DNA of 64,000 nt from Nemertoderma westbladi (lineage: Eukaryota > Animalia > Xenacoelomorpha). The notes beneath the pieces were generated by a model, which worked only from the letters and a program-made list of their open reading frames with translations, was not told the origin of the DNA and did no database searches. The stretch covers positions 45,976 to 109,975 of the forward strand of contig JAUCBJ010004912.1 in the NCBI GenBank assembly GCA_032718475.1, written 5' to 3'. Every line of letters begins with the position of its first letter. Positions within the stretch are counted from its first letter, which is position 1. Positions 63,284 through 64,000 of this stretch are shown here, piece by piece. The position numbers and the translations under genes were made by a program.

Positions 63284-64000
63284 CAAAAAATAAGGGCGTT
63301 ACAAGATGGACATTTCCAATGACGTTAAAAAACTACTTGCAAACTTTTGGGCATAATTTCTGCTGGACTTATCGATTAGCGTTCATTCGTATATGTATGG
63401 ATAGCCAAAAAAATGATCTTTCGGAAAATATTCACCTTGAAACAAACACATTTCACAATAAAGAGTTATGTTTCAAAAACAAGCGTTACAGCACCTAAAA
63501 AATTTATAAAAACGAACATGTAGCATTTTTCATTCCTCCAAAAACAAAACTATAAAGATGTGTACCCCAGTAACGACTAGTACTGGATTGTAGATCATGA
63601 AATAAGCTTTAAGCTGATATATAGTTTACTGGAAGTATATCTTACTGACATTTGGTTATGATCGTTAGTATCTCAAAAACTTAGCATCGGACATCGCATC
63701 ATATGTCCATTTCGTGCTTGTAATCCAAGGAAAATATATGTCAAATTGCTTAAAACCAATGCCACAAAATGTGCGAAAATTCGCTCTATAGGAATATATA
63801 TAGGTTTATATGGTTTGGGTTATTTTCTGCTGAGTTATGGCTCATGGAATGGCGAAATGACGTCTGACACAATTTTGGCCACTTTTTGCGTAATCGACCC
63901 AACAGTTAGTTCATGTATAATAATGGATGTGTGTGCTATTACATCGGATCACGATAAATATGAATTTAAGTTAATGGCGCAAAATGGTTGCAAACATTAA

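Larger units (their letters stand above)
58803..63900. mobile_element. Non-autonomous DNA transposon (about 1.1 kb without the nested insert)
   Basis: Perfect 18-bp TIR gggtcgattacgcaaaaa / tttttgcgtaatcgaccc, extending imperfectly to tggccaaa. TSD unclear. Confidence 0.85.

Overview
Animal (probably bilaterian invertebrate) nuclear DNA: AT-rich, GT-AG introns, mostly repeats. No prokaryotic features and no CRISPR array. Host genes: (1) the last three exons of a multi-ShK-domain gene (72-6283, +); (2) a probable last exon of a single-pass membrane protein (11644-12020, -); (3) the first five coding exons of the NMD factor SMG7 (54302-58619, +). The rest is nested mobile DNA. It includes RTE-type and other APE-RT LINE relics, a full-length decayed CsRn1-clade Gypsy element and a truncated Gypsy inside a minisatellite. 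A three-level LINE > Gypsy > BEL/Pao nest spans 31.3-47.1 kb, and there are many TIR/foldback elements and tandem arrays. Main points of interest: (a) a young 11.4-kb BEL/Pao element whose Gag appears fused in frame to the last residues of Pol (PR/RT/RH/IN missing) and which carries an unrecognised gene in the env position; (b) a 4-kb foldback element with a perfect 9-bp TSD, satellite-built arms and a small ORF in its core, inside an SMG7 intron; (c) a Gypsy element with CG...CG outer termini and an apparent 3-bp TSD; (d) frequent TA-CAG-TA type excision footprints. All calls were made by eye without database searches, and boundaries of degenerate repeats are approximate.
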